Positions 30,901 to 39,922 of a DNA stretch of 64,000 bases are shown here, piece after piece (position 1 is the first letter of the stretch; every line of letters begins with the position of its first letter). This stretch comes from Trypanosoma brucei. Lineage: Eukaryota. The notes below the pieces were generated by a model. The model was not told the DNA's origin. It saw only the letters and a list, made by a program, of their open reading frames with translations, and did no database searches. The stretch covers positions 3,776,001 through 3,840,000 of the forward strand of contig CH464491.1 of the NCBI GenBank assembly GCA_000002445.1. The letters run 5' to 3'. The translations under genes were made by a program, and so were the position numbers.

Positions 30901-32280
30901 ATGAATACCTATTGCAGTCCAGGTGGAAATGGGTGGCTGAGGCGACGTATCCACATTGGCGCAACACCGCATTTCATTGTGTACGACCCCCCAGGGAGAA
31001 GCTGTTTCGTCGTAACTTCAAAAAAAGTACCATTTCGTCCTCAGCGTGCATCTTTTGACGTACAACTGAAGATTCAGTACGATGAAGATTCGAACACTGT
31101 TCAGAGTGTAACAACGGAGGCACCCGTTTGCAACATGCCGGCCATTAAGCCAGGCACTGGTGTGCGGGTACCTTTGACAGAAAGGTTTGAAGTACGCCTC
31201 CACTCGACATTTAAGAAGGGATGGGACTGTACAGATAAGTTAATGCTTGACGAAAATGAGAAGGTGCTGGGCGCACAAATGGTTGAGATACACCAAGACG
31301 CAAACGCAGACGGGTCAGCTACGGCACCCGTATGTGTCGTATGCACTGCATTTCCCTTGGGGGAGGATGTTACGTGCAGAGGCCGCATCATTTTGTTGGC
31401 GTCCAGGAACATTAAGGGAAGGCGCTCTATTGTACAACTTCACTCCGAACCACTGAATGGTCCGGCAACTGCGGTAGCGGGAATCTGTTCCCAAATTGCA
31501 GTCGCAGTGGGTGGAACGATCAAAATATTTCGCTACGATTGGGAAACAAAGAAATTGGTGGTGAGTGCCTTCCTGTACGCGGGAATGTACGCAACGAGGT
31601 TATCTGTCTTTCGAAACTATATTATTTATGGTGATCTTTGCCGTTCTTGCTCGATGGCACGCTTTAACGAGGAGAACCACACTTTAACTGTGTTGGGTAG
31701 GGACCGTAGTGCGGTGTCCGTTGTCCACTGTGACATGATGTACCACGACCGTGCGTTCGGTATTCTTTGTTCCGACGATGAACGTAACGTGCTAATAATG
31801 GGATACACTCCACGCGTGCAGGAAACGGATGCAGGCACGCACCCCAAAGTCCTCGAGTCGGTTCTCTCACTTGATGGTGAGTACCGGCTACCCAGCGGTA
31901 GTCTTGTGAAATCCCTTCGCTTCCGCTCAACTGCGGGAAATTCCAGCGTGACTCTGTACGTAAGTAACTACGGTGAAATTGGCTTTATCGTGCCCATCGG
32001 CGAACAGGCTAACCGCACTGCGTTGTGGGTTACACGTCGTTTACAGATAGACCTTCCTTGTGAGGCGGGACTGACACCACGCATGTTTCTCAGCCTTAAT
32101 CAAAGGTCCCCGCGGAACTCACTACGCGGGAAGGAAATGCTTGTACCGGCTCCGCTGCTTCGGGGACTTTTTTCTCTCGACCTTCGTTCCCGGAAGGCTA
32201 TTGCGAGGGCCGCATACACGCAATTGGACCGCGTAGCAAATATTGTTGCGCTTGTGCATGAAGAATGTGGTTTGTTTTGA
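27922..32280 (+). CDS. CPSF160 / DDB1 / SF3b130-family triple beta-propeller protein, most consistent with cleavage and polyadenylation specificity factor 160 kDa subunit
   Basis: ATG at 27922. At 1452 aa its size matches CPSF160 (human about 1440 aa) rather than DDB1 or SF3b3 (about 1100-1200 aa). The N-terminal pattern 'NVRELFIFKKNHVELWRV' resembles the family N-terminus. The sequence is beta-rich throughout and the C-terminus is CPSF_A-like. Confidence 0.55.
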   Translation: MLHATVAPSLPASAVTHSVSGRFSEGLPDNVRELFIFKKNHVELWRVPQDLPSGEKRLLYVTGIQLNAPPACVAVCRPTGFSVDVLVMCFDDFHVSFVQYDLLSMRLRTVLLVQLDDREVSRDMTPLEPIMRADPTGRFVIVLARRRHLFLLPLLGPMTSEGALKSEAQQPDNAEEPNIPGATPSALGVADDWGDEGDYDEETKENKVAESSDAACGGASPEENSSKVVGSSSVLLRIGAISMFTLSKVLKSSIRYVRDVQFIGTLGEPLLAILCERKPTWAGRVKLVEWRTKAVESNMLSQQVTWVQISGTASALPKLLLVGEVDGVPYNVTHMLPVGSISQAMSGVICFGVNTIMHITTRRGYGAYWNETGKEECTSSKSSAVSYGKINWCDKKLESSTALFRVNLSLANCVAATLEGKDDEGSLQAVAVSEDDGVVLMLQFLSQGSNIHDIRIAVLTSGCYCSSITPISERLMFLGSAVSDSCIATVRPQGSSMESRFQVVESMEAIGSIRDVDVVDCSALPDGGSNTTPRSEAGGSWLEETPFAELAGMTSLDPMPNLSSMDCRAVMDLAVCAGQGSSGCIYVLRQSIRNAVVRREKVNAVSAFFLELPRNPKRLRTEGDDREGAAQNVAGPPSRLLLTGLSFTIPFTVRGESVQQERHSEFIANCRTVFAAGVPWLGALLQLTEKEGRIISSNGRKLLHRFSFSGERDLDENRQVKSACLAPELQALFVLLDGGVLLQFTLSEMGGAPQRKEFAAGVVAFTLWREPKSIIMFMSSLTMMIQDAETGSIQWIIPQMGTLPPYTVSEEPVAEATKEPSASDDLPHVTHVEVLNLLEESATDPGGIVATALLVVLGTGELAVYHVVGPDKFGPLRLIKKFHHFLDTKAVREVIESIEAKKMRLQSERTMIENDTQSVRHCSRRIIPFAAVAGQSGAYVCGQHPLFLMWDNRTRQLVAYRHQAPGLVRGFVPFTSMPGGFIYCCEGFVDFAVMNTYCSPGGNGWLRRRIHIGATPHFIVYDPPGRSCFVVTSKKVPFRPQRASFDVQLKIQYDEDSNTVQSVTTEAPVCNMPAIKPGTGVRVPLTERFEVRLHSTFKKGWDCTDKLMLDENEKVLGAQMVEIHQDANADGSATAPVCVVCTAFPLGEDVTCRGRIILLASRNIKGRRSIVQLHSEPLNGPATAVAGICSQIAVAVGGTIKIFRYDWETKKLVVSAFLYAGMYATRLSVFRNYIIYGDLCRSCSMARFNEENHTLTVLGRDRSAVSVVHCDMMYHDRAFGILCSDDERNVLIMGYTPRVQETDAGTHPKVLESVLSLDGEYRLPSGSLVKSLRFRSTAGNSSVTLYVSNYGEIGFIVPIGEQANRTALWVTRRLQIDLPCEAGLTPRMFLSLNQRSPRNSLRGKEMLVPAPLLRGLFSLDLRSRKAIARAAYTQLDRVANIVALVHEECGLF

Positions 32281-32678
32281 CGTTTTGTTACTCAGGCATT
32301 GACGCTGATGTTTTAATGGTTTCGTTCATCAATAATAATGTGTTGTCGAAGGGGGAAAAAGCCACAGTAGCGGTACTATTTCGACTCATACTCTGGTTGG
32401 CTCTAGTAACTTTTTTTTTTTAAAAAAGGGAACGCAATTATTCGTCCGGACTGCGCCCATTTCCTCCTCCCTGTGCCAAACATCATCTCACCAGCGCGAT
32501 GTGACACTCTTCCGTTTTTCTACTTTGTAAACACGTTATATTTCCAAACGTATTTGTACTGTATTTGTGATTTCATACGGCAAAAGTACAAAACAAATCC
32601 ACCACACAAGGGGTGAAGCGATTAATACAATAATCGTTGGCGGAGGTAGGGTGCAGACGTGGAATAGACATATTTCCG

Positions 32679-33923
32679 ATGAGTTATAGCTGGCGCGGCT
32701 GCCGTGTTCTGCTTGGTTCCATGCCCTCCTTCCGACCGCATATTCACAGACACCCATGCACAATATGCAGCAGCGCAGTGACGCAGTATCAAGATGCAAC
32801 TGAGACAACTAGTGCGGATATTTGTGACGACAAAAACATTCGCAACGATATTCATTCTGCCTCCCACGTTAGTTGTTTCAATTACCTTAGCAGCGATAAA
32901 GCCGCGACTGCTACGCCAGCATCGCTTCATTTTAGAGATCGACAGCCTTCAGGATGGAGTGGTAGGGCACTTGGCGCCACAGTATGCGAGAGTCGCAGGG
33001 CCGCTCTTAACGAGTGGCTCGGGATGATGCAGAATGCAGCAAAAACGACACAATCGCAACCTGAGGATGCATACCTTCAACAATGTTGGCAGGCGTTCCG
33101 TGATCCATCACGGGCTTTAACTGATCGTGAGATGGAAGGTGCTATCGAACTTCTCGACCGGCAATGTGAGTTTCAGAAGAGTTGTACAACAAGTGACAAG
33201 TGTTTGGTGGGGGAAAGTGCAAATTCGTTTTTGATGCGTCTGAGAGGTGGCGATGTCCATTCCGTGGATGAAGAGCGACAATTGTCGTTTCAGCGGACGC
33301 TCCTCGAGTTTCGTGATTTAGCCAATACCATAAAATTACCCTTCTTCCTTTGCTGTGGCACGGCGCTTGCAGCTCACCGTGAGGGTTATTTTATTCCGCA
33401 TGATGTTGATATCGACGTAGGTGTATTCTACGAAGACCTTCAGGACTTAGGTGATCCACAGAAGGCTGTCGTGGGTTTATTGTCACATGCCGCCCTTGGT
33501 GGGCGTTTTGTTCTTTTCGATGTATGTGGTACGGTGGAAAAAGGTCTCGAGTTGCGTTTCCTCCACAGTGAAACGCAAGTGCCAATAGACTTGAACGTGT
33601 ATTATCAACCGCTCCCACAGGATGACAAAATTGTAGCAGAGTTCGGCCCGTTTGTGTGGACGGCAACATATTATGAATCCTCTGCCGCGCGCCGTCACGG
33701 CATGTATCGTTACAGGCATGCGCCATTCCGTGCGGCCATGAAACACATGTCGTTCTGCGACACCATGGCGTCTTCATCTGATCCTACAAATACGGTGGGG
33801 TTTCTTGTTCCTCCGGAATCTTACGTGGAGGAATGTTATGGTAAGGATTGGCGCACCCCGCGGCGGTTCACGTATGCAGAGGGGTTACAAAATGGAGGCT
33901 TTGCAAATATCATTGACGAGTAG
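32679..33923 (+). CDS. LicD / fukutin-family nucleotidyltransferase-fold protein (putative phospho-sugar or phosphocholine transferase)
   Basis: The track start at 32637 is TTG, and the first ATG is at 32679. The LicD/fukutin signature is 'FFLCCGTALAAHREGYFIPHDVDIDVGVF' (compare LicD 'L..GTLLGA.R...IPWDDDIDV'). Confidence 0.6.
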   Translation: MSYSWRGCRVLLGSMPSFRPHIHRHPCTICSSAVTQYQDATETTSADICDDKNIRNDIHSASHVSCFNYLSSDKAATATPASLHFRDRQPSGWSGRALGATVCESRRAALNEWLGMMQNAAKTTQSQPEDAYLQQCWQAFRDPSRALTDREMEGAIELLDRQCEFQKSCTTSDKCLVGESANSFLMRLRGGDVHSVDEERQLSFQRTLLEFRDLANTIKLPFFLCCGTALAAHREGYFIPHDVDIDVGVFYEDLQDLGDPQKAVVGLLSHAALGGRFVLFDVCGTVEKGLELRFLHSETQVPIDLNVYYQPLPQDDKIVAEFGPFVWTATYYESSAARRHGMYRYRHAPFRAAMKHMSFCDTMASSSDPTNTVGFLVPPESYVEECYGKDWRTPRRFTYAEGLQNGGFANIIDE

Positions 33924-34472
33924 CATCACGATAATGCGGTGCTAGGTGCACCAAGTAGTTTAACCAGAAGCGGCACTAAGCTAACAGGCAAGAAAAAGTA
34001 GAAAAAAAAAAAGAAACATTTCTTCACCGCTTTTTTTTTGATAGTGCTTCATGATAAACAAGACGTGGCGCATTTACCACGCTGTTATCAGGTTAGACTT
34101 TGTGGCTTACGAATCCATTCCTTTGCCCGCAGACTCATTGTGTATGTTCATGTGTACACGAGTTAGAAACAAATTTCTTTGTGACCTTCCTTCCTCCTTC
34201 CTCTTCCTCTTCCTTTCCCTTTTTCGATTTTCCTTTTTGTTGCGCAGCTGTGCTCTCCTTTGATAATAAAATAACCTCCTTTATTTTCGCACCTTTGCAA
34301 AAGCCGACATTCTCGGGACCACATCGCGGGATCGAAAAGCGGGGAGGGAAGGGAGCCACGCCGGAAAGTGAAGGTAGGCGGTAGATCAGCCGTAGAATTG
34401 CACGACACATAACGATATTAGTGAGGCATTGCGTCACAACCTACTGCTCATACAAGCGGATCGCTCTGTCAC

Positions 34473-36233
34473 ATGTCAGCTACTGATGTCGCATCTGAAC
34501 TGAGATCAGGCGCACCGGAGTATGTTCCCACTTTCCTACGTTGTAAGCAGTCCGAAAATGTTACGGCGTTTGAATCACCTGTTGTCTTTCTTATGTTCGG
34601 GTGCCGGGGTGCGGGAAAAAGTACTCAGTCCACGCTTCTTTCCAAAACATATAATTTACTCTACCTGTCTTCTGGTGACATATACAAGAGTGGAAAGCAA
34701 CCATTTGTAGAGTTGCGCAAAATATTGAATGAACACTTTGGCGATGGTAAGGAAAGGGTTTACAATGGCGTCGTGCTGGATCGATTCATTGCAAACTCCG
34801 AGTTTGAAGCGTTCTACGTGCAGACAGCGCTGCGGTCGGTAGGACTTCCGGTTCCGTTTGTTTTCATGCTGGCAATCGATCAAGGACTTGCAGCGAAACG
34901 GGCGGAGGAGCGTGGTGACAATAAAGGTGGTAACCAGCGGTGGCGGGCTGTGGAACAAAAGGCACAGGCAATCACTGCCAATACCGTATATGCCCCGATT
35001 CAGTGCCTCAAAACCATCCGTGTGGAAAGTGACATGACAATCGATGATGTGTTCAATGAGATCAAGACAACCATTGCGAATCAACTTCCTCCAGATCTTT
35101 TCAACCTTCAACTTCCTCGCGAAGCACGGCGAGAGGTGGAAGGGACGGTATTGGTTGAAGACTATGAGCTATATATGGAGCTCGCAAACGATGTGCACAC
35201 CGTCGTTGGAAACCTCCGCGGCCGCCGTGACAGCGCTCCACTCTCCAACGTGGGGGCTCATTTGGATAAGGAATATTTTTCCTTCGCCAATAAGAGACTC
35301 CGCTCACAGCTCACAACAATGCATGTGACACTAAAGGCAGACGGCTTACGATTCCTAGTGATGAAGCATAAGACGCGTGGTTACATTGGCTTTCCCTCAG
35401 CTTTTACGCATTGCTACGAGCTCAATGATCTCTTCGAAGGTGTAGAGATGGCCCCAAAACCCTACACGGAACTTAAGAAATGGATGAATGATAAATCATG
35501 TGAACTCCCAGCAGATTTTCTTCTCGACACGGAGGTTGTTGTGCACGAGAAGAAGCCAACATTGTACATTATTGACTTTATTTACTTCTGGGGTCTGGAT
35601 GGAAGGCGGATGCAGTTCGAGCAGCGACTAAAGGTATTGCGAGAATACTTTGGAGATATGAAGCCACAGGGTCAGGTTATTGCAATGAAGGATTACGTGC
35701 CCATAAACAAGATACGAACTCTGGTGGAGGAGATGAAGAGGAGAACTGAGCTTCCAGTTGATGGTTTAATATTCCAGCACAATGGCTCGTACAGATTTGG
35801 GTCCGACAAGTTTCTAATCAAATGGAAGCCCGTGCATTTGTGCACTGTCGACTTTCGTCTAGCCAACGGAAGGGTGGAAAATGGTGTTTGGACGTTTGAC
35901 CTTTTTGTTACAGACGACTTCATTGAAGAGAACGGATTTAGAGAAGTTGCTTACCCTGGCGCTACGGCATTAATACCGGCATCAGTGGTTGAGGAAAATG
36001 GCTTGCAGAACGGAATGATTATTGAAATGGCTCTTTCTGAAAAGGAATCCGTGAAAAAAACGTCACCAAATGCACCTTCTGAGAAAACAAGATGGACCTT
36101 TCGGAATGCGCGCAATGACAAACCGTCCCCAAATAAGTACAGTATAGTGACCAGGATTTGTGAACTTATGCACGTTGATCTAGACGAGCTCGTGAGCTTG
36201 TGCGAGAAAGTTCCCTTTTACAGAAATGTGTGA
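34473..36233 (+). CDS. CE1: mRNA capping enzyme with an N-terminal P-loop kinase-like domain and a C-terminal GTP:RNA guanylyltransferase domain (TbCe1-type)
   Basis: ATG at 34473, 586 aa. Walker A is 'GCRGAGKST'. Guanylyltransferase motifs appear in order: I 'KADG' (in 'VTLKADGLRF'), III 'FLLDTEVVV', IV 'DGLIFQ', V 'FLIKWKP'. This two-domain layout is the one described for trypanosomatid CE1. Confidence 0.8.
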   Translation: MSATDVASELRSGAPEYVPTFLRCKQSENVTAFESPVVFLMFGCRGAGKSTQSTLLSKTYNLLYLSSGDIYKSGKQPFVELRKILNEHFGDGKERVYNGVVLDRFIANSEFEAFYVQTALRSVGLPVPFVFMLAIDQGLAAKRAEERGDNKGGNQRWRAVEQKAQAITANTVYAPIQCLKTIRVESDMTIDDVFNEIKTTIANQLPPDLFNLQLPREARREVEGTVLVEDYELYMELANDVHTVVGNLRGRRDSAPLSNVGAHLDKEYFSFANKRLRSQLTTMHVTLKADGLRFLVMKHKTRGYIGFPSAFTHCYELNDLFEGVEMAPKPYTELKKWMNDKSCELPADFLLDTEVVVHEKKPTLYIIDFIYFWGLDGRRMQFEQRLKVLREYFGDMKPQGQVIAMKDYVPINKIRTLVEEMKRRTELPVDGLIFQHNGSYRFGSDKFLIKWKPVHLCTVDFRLANGRVENGVWTFDLFVTDDFIEENGFREVAYPGATALIPASVVEENGLQNGMIIEMALSEKESVKKTSPNAPSEKTRWTFRNARNDKPSPNKYSIVTRICELMHVDLDELVSLCEKVPFYRNV

Positions 36234-36824
36234 AGGAGTTAACCGCCAATATGTGGGGTATACAAGTGGATAAACACACCTTCGCTGGTTGTGGACGTGT
36301 GATCGCTAACAAAAAAAAACATCTAACGAATATTATCAATGTTTCTATCGTATACTTGTATGAGTGGTTACGGTTTTGATACCGACGGCTGCGTGCATTC
36401 CTCAATACCCACGTAATACACTTGGCTTCCCTACTTCTTTCTCCTCTTGTCTTGCTTTAAAAAAAAAAAAAACGTTCTTAACTTCGTCTTACAACTCATA
36501 ACAGAAGCTTATCCTAGTTGAAGGTACCCGGCACTCCTCTTTTATTTTTTTTTTGTGGCCCTTAGCGATACACGGGACGCATTGCTGGTGAGGCTGCACC
36601 GTATTACGAATACCTCGTTATTACATCGCCAACAATCAATTAATTAGTAGTGAAAAGGGGCTCAGGAAGGTGGAGAGGGAAAAATATATAAAAGAACGCT
36701 ATATTTCTTCTGCAGTCGCGCGTCAGAAGTATTTCGTGAAATAAAAATATTGTGCCCGGACAAGTAGGAGAGAGGGAAAGATAACATATATCCTTAGCTC
36801 CAGGGTTGGCGTATACATATATAT

Positions 36825-36844
36825 ATATATATAATAACGTGTAA
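36825..36844. repeat. (AT)n microsatellite
   Basis: Read directly: 'acatatatatatatatatataat'. Confidence 0.85.
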
Positions 36845-37070
36845 TAGCAACAGCTACCTTCTGTGGTGGCAGTGTGAAAGGATTGCGCACAAATAACAGA
36901 AAAGTGGGAACGGTACAACTGCGCAAGGGAAAGAATATCAAAAAAAATAGAGGAAGCGATATCAAGTGCCTGGAGTAGAAACTATCCCACCTTTTAAATA
37001 GTGGAAGTGATTAGAGGAGATCTCAAAGGGAAGGGACCTTTCTTGTTCTCTTACTTCCTGTTACTTTCTA

Positions 37071-38960
37071 ATGTCACTAAACCCTAACGCTCCTCCATGG
37101 AATGTTCCTGATCACAATATGGACCACGGCATGGACCCGCATGGTCGTCACGGGCACCAAGACCCCCGGTTTCACAATTTCAGCGGTTACTATCCTCAGC
37201 ACATGCCCATGCACCAAATGCAAAGTGTGCAAAATATGGGAATGCCACGGTCTATGATGAATCACGGCTACAACCATCCAGCTGCTCATATACATCCCAT
37301 GCAACATAGTGCGCCACCCGGTCAGGCGTTCCACCAGGGGCGAGCGCGAGGTCAGGCTTATCTTGGTGGACACGTGAACGCAATGCCCGCCGTTCCCGCG
37401 CCATCATATAGGAAACAGCACATTGTGGTGGTGGTGGTGCTCGGTTACAGGTGCGTAGGGAAAACAACTGTTGCCCGACAAATAGCAAAGGTACGCAACT
37501 ATCGGTACGTCTCCCTGAAACCTAGTGAAGATGCCGGTAGCGTTTCGCCAGAGGCATTCGTGGCGCCGGTGGTGGAACTTTTGGCCAGTAAGAATTCATA
37601 TGAAGGTATAGTCATTGATGACATTGTGTCACAGAATAAGTACGACCCCTACTACGTACAGTCTGTGTTGCAGAAACACGGACTCAAGCTGGATGTTGTG
37701 GTTTTATTGGACAGTGAGTTGGACAATGCAAAGGAAGGCGTGGATTATGAAGATCCGCAGCAGCGGAAGCTGCATCCAGAGAGCTACGAGTTCTGTGCGT
37801 GTCACCTCAATGGTGGAAATGCCGTTGTAGTGGAATGTCGCGGGAAGGATCTCGACGAAACAGTTGCTGAAGCAATGCGACAACTGAATGATGTGAACAT
37901 TGTGAAGGAATCAACTATTACGCTAAAGGAGGTTGCGCTAATGCCCAACTGCCCACTGGTGTGCAACCCATCAATGGTGACAGAGGTATTGGCGGCGCAA
38001 AGTGGAGTGTTAGGCCTTGCTGAGTCTGCTTCCTTTCCCTTCTCGGAACCTAATTACCTGTTAGAGTATACCATATTCGCGCGTCAGGCGCACGCGTTCC
38101 GAAGCTATATGATCATTCCATGGATCAAAGGCGATAAGGTGTCACTCATTGGTTACAAAGATGCTATTTATTTGCACCTTCCAGCATATAATATACTATT
38201 TCAACTTAATGATAGCCCAACTGCACTAACGCACCTACTCAAAGAGACAACTGCAACGGGCGGATTGGCCTTCATATTCGAGGCCACTTTTGCCGCAAAT
38301 AAACTACACGTATCCGACTTACTCCTGTTGGGTGGCATGAAAGGATCCGAAATGCTGGTAAATGAACGTGTGGATTTGTTGAAGGAGAAACTTGGTGAAT
38401 TGAGGGAAGGTGCTGTGCAGCTGCTTCCCTGGTACCCTGTAAAGGATATGGAGATGTGCAAGAAGGAAAATCCAGAAGCAGATGGCATACTTTTCGTAAA
38501 TCCTGACGGTATTCAAGTTGGAGAGTACGACAGTCGAAACTATCTGTACCCGCTGCACAGGAAGAAAACAGTAGAACTTCGCATATGGAATGGTAATTTC
38601 ACTGGAGGGGTGTGGACATTCGATGCATACTGTGAGGAGGTGGGTACTGAGAAACTTGTCGAAGGCATTCCTGTGCACATCAATGATGATGTTGTGACTG
38701 AATACTGCATCAATGATGGTAACATTTTGGAGTGCACTCGAGAAGAGCAAAGTGTCGGAACAAATAAAGCACGCAAAGGGGGGAAACACTACGTGTTCAA
38801 GAGCCGTTGTCAGTGGGCTTCCAAGCCAACGACAACATACAAACAGGAATGCTTTGTTAATGAACCCAAGTGGCCATCAGACCGGCTAGCACAGGCGTGT
38901 GCTGCGATTACTTACACTCCCGCTGTGCGACGGGAAGTGCAGAATGAAGCTTCTGGGTAA
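37071..38960 (+). CDS. Divergent tandem paralogue of the CE1 capping enzyme: N-terminal PAM2-like motif, an M/H/Q-rich low-complexity region, a P-loop domain and a degenerate guanylyltransferase-like domain
   Basis: ATG at 37071. 'SLNPNAPPWNVP' matches the PAM2 consensus (compare Paip2 'NLNPNAKEFVP'). Walker A is 'GYRCVGKTT'. Three blocks are colinear with CE1: 'IKGDKVSLIGYK' with 'LKADGLRFLVMK', 'EADGILFVNPDG' with 'PVDGLIFQHNGS', and 'GGVWTFDAYC' with 'NGVWTFDLFV'. The KxDG motif has eroded to KGDK and motif V is lost. Confidence 0.65.
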   Translation: MSLNPNAPPWNVPDHNMDHGMDPHGRHGHQDPRFHNFSGYYPQHMPMHQMQSVQNMGMPRSMMNHGYNHPAAHIHPMQHSAPPGQAFHQGRARGQAYLGGHVNAMPAVPAPSYRKQHIVVVVVLGYRCVGKTTVARQIAKVRNYRYVSLKPSEDAGSVSPEAFVAPVVELLASKNSYEGIVIDDIVSQNKYDPYYVQSVLQKHGLKLDVVVLLDSELDNAKEGVDYEDPQQRKLHPESYEFCACHLNGGNAVVVECRGKDLDETVAEAMRQLNDVNIVKESTITLKEVALMPNCPLVCNPSMVTEVLAAQSGVLGLAESASFPFSEPNYLLEYTIFARQAHAFRSYMIIPWIKGDKVSLIGYKDAIYLHLPAYNILFQLNDSPTALTHLLKETTATGGLAFIFEATFAANKLHVSDLLLLGGMKGSEMLVNERVDLLKEKLGELREGAVQLLPWYPVKDMEMCKKENPEADGILFVNPDGIQVGEYDSRNYLYPLHRKKTVELRIWNGNFTGGVWTFDAYCEEVGTEKLVEGIPVHINDDVVTEYCINDGNILECTREEQSVGTNKARKGGKHYVFKSRCQWASKPTTTYKQECFVNEPKWPSDRLAQACAAITYTPAVRREVQNEASG

Positions 38961-38964
38961 TAGA

Positions 38965-39100
38965 CGCTGGTATGAACATGAAAAGAAGAAAAAGGTGGGG
39001 AAGGGAGAGAAGGAAGAAAGGGAATGTCAGGGAGAAAATACGGAAAAGAAAAAGGAAAAGAAGGAGAGTCAGACTAACAAAGAAGAGGAGTAAGGGAAAG
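38965..39100. repeat. Polypurine (GA/GAA-rich) tract of about 135 nt immediately 3' of the CE1-paralogue stop codon
   Basis: Read directly: 'gaaaagaagaaaaaggtggggaagggagagaaggaagaaagggaa...gaaaagaaaaaggaaaagaaggagag...aagaagaggag'. Confidence 0.8.
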
Positions 39101-39829
39101 AAGGACCGCGTATTTGAGGCATTCCCCGTTATTTTTAAATGTTGTTATTACTATTATCTGTTCTGACCTTCAAGTTGGGTTGTGCAGGTGGCGAATCTTT
39201 GGCGTTACTGTTTCTTCACGATGGTGGTACAGGGAGCATGTGCCTCCTTTCAGTGTCATCTCGTTTTCTTTTTTTTTTTGTCTTTCGTCCAGAAACGATC
39301 AGACCAAAGCATTTATAGCAACCAGTGAACTAATGGTGCTTGCGTTAACATCACCTGCGGAGAAATGTGCATCTACTCGTGTAAATCTGAGTTTACATCA
39401 CGGAGACAAAATCCGACTGCCAGAAGCAGCAGCATACAAAACAGTGCACTGTACAAAATCGTGCAATGGGAGAAGTCTTCAAGTTGTACCGCGCACGCGG
39501 TGGTGTAACTCCATTCAGAATTGGAGCAAATTTCGGTGGTGGGCACGCTGATAATTTCAATCGACTTCCACTGTTCCTCATAAATGGCGTGAAAATTTTA
39601 TTTAACGAAGTGGAGTGGTGAAAAAGAGGCTACGTAGCCACTTGCAACAGATGGTGTTCCGGTAAGAGAAACAAGGTTAAGGTAAAACCGTTGCCAAAAC
39701 TGGCGAACCGAAATTTGACCGCTTCTTCCTTCTCGTTGGCGCTCAATAGTGGTAACAAGGTGCTTGGTACTGGAGCGCAGGGGAAAGCGGGTTTTGCGGT
39801 TTAACTCCCGTGGCACATGTACCAAAATA

Positions 39830-39922
39830 ATGATAACAATAATAATAATAATAGTCGTGAGCTCTGCGCGGAAAGGCCACTGTTGTGTGTGAGTGAGTGA
39901 GTGAGTGTGTGTGTGTGTGTGT
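39830..39922. repeat. Compound microsatellite (AAT)n ... (GTGA)n(GT)n
   Basis: Read directly: 'aataataataataatag' followed by 'gtgtgtgagtgagtgagtgagtgtgtgtgtgtgtgtgtaa'. Confidence 0.85.

Noticed and set aside
39114-39551. 145-aa ORF at the start of the 4 kb gene-free interval
   Set aside because: It begins inside the polypurine tract, translates to low-complexity sequence and has no signal or homology I can recognise. It is more likely UTR.
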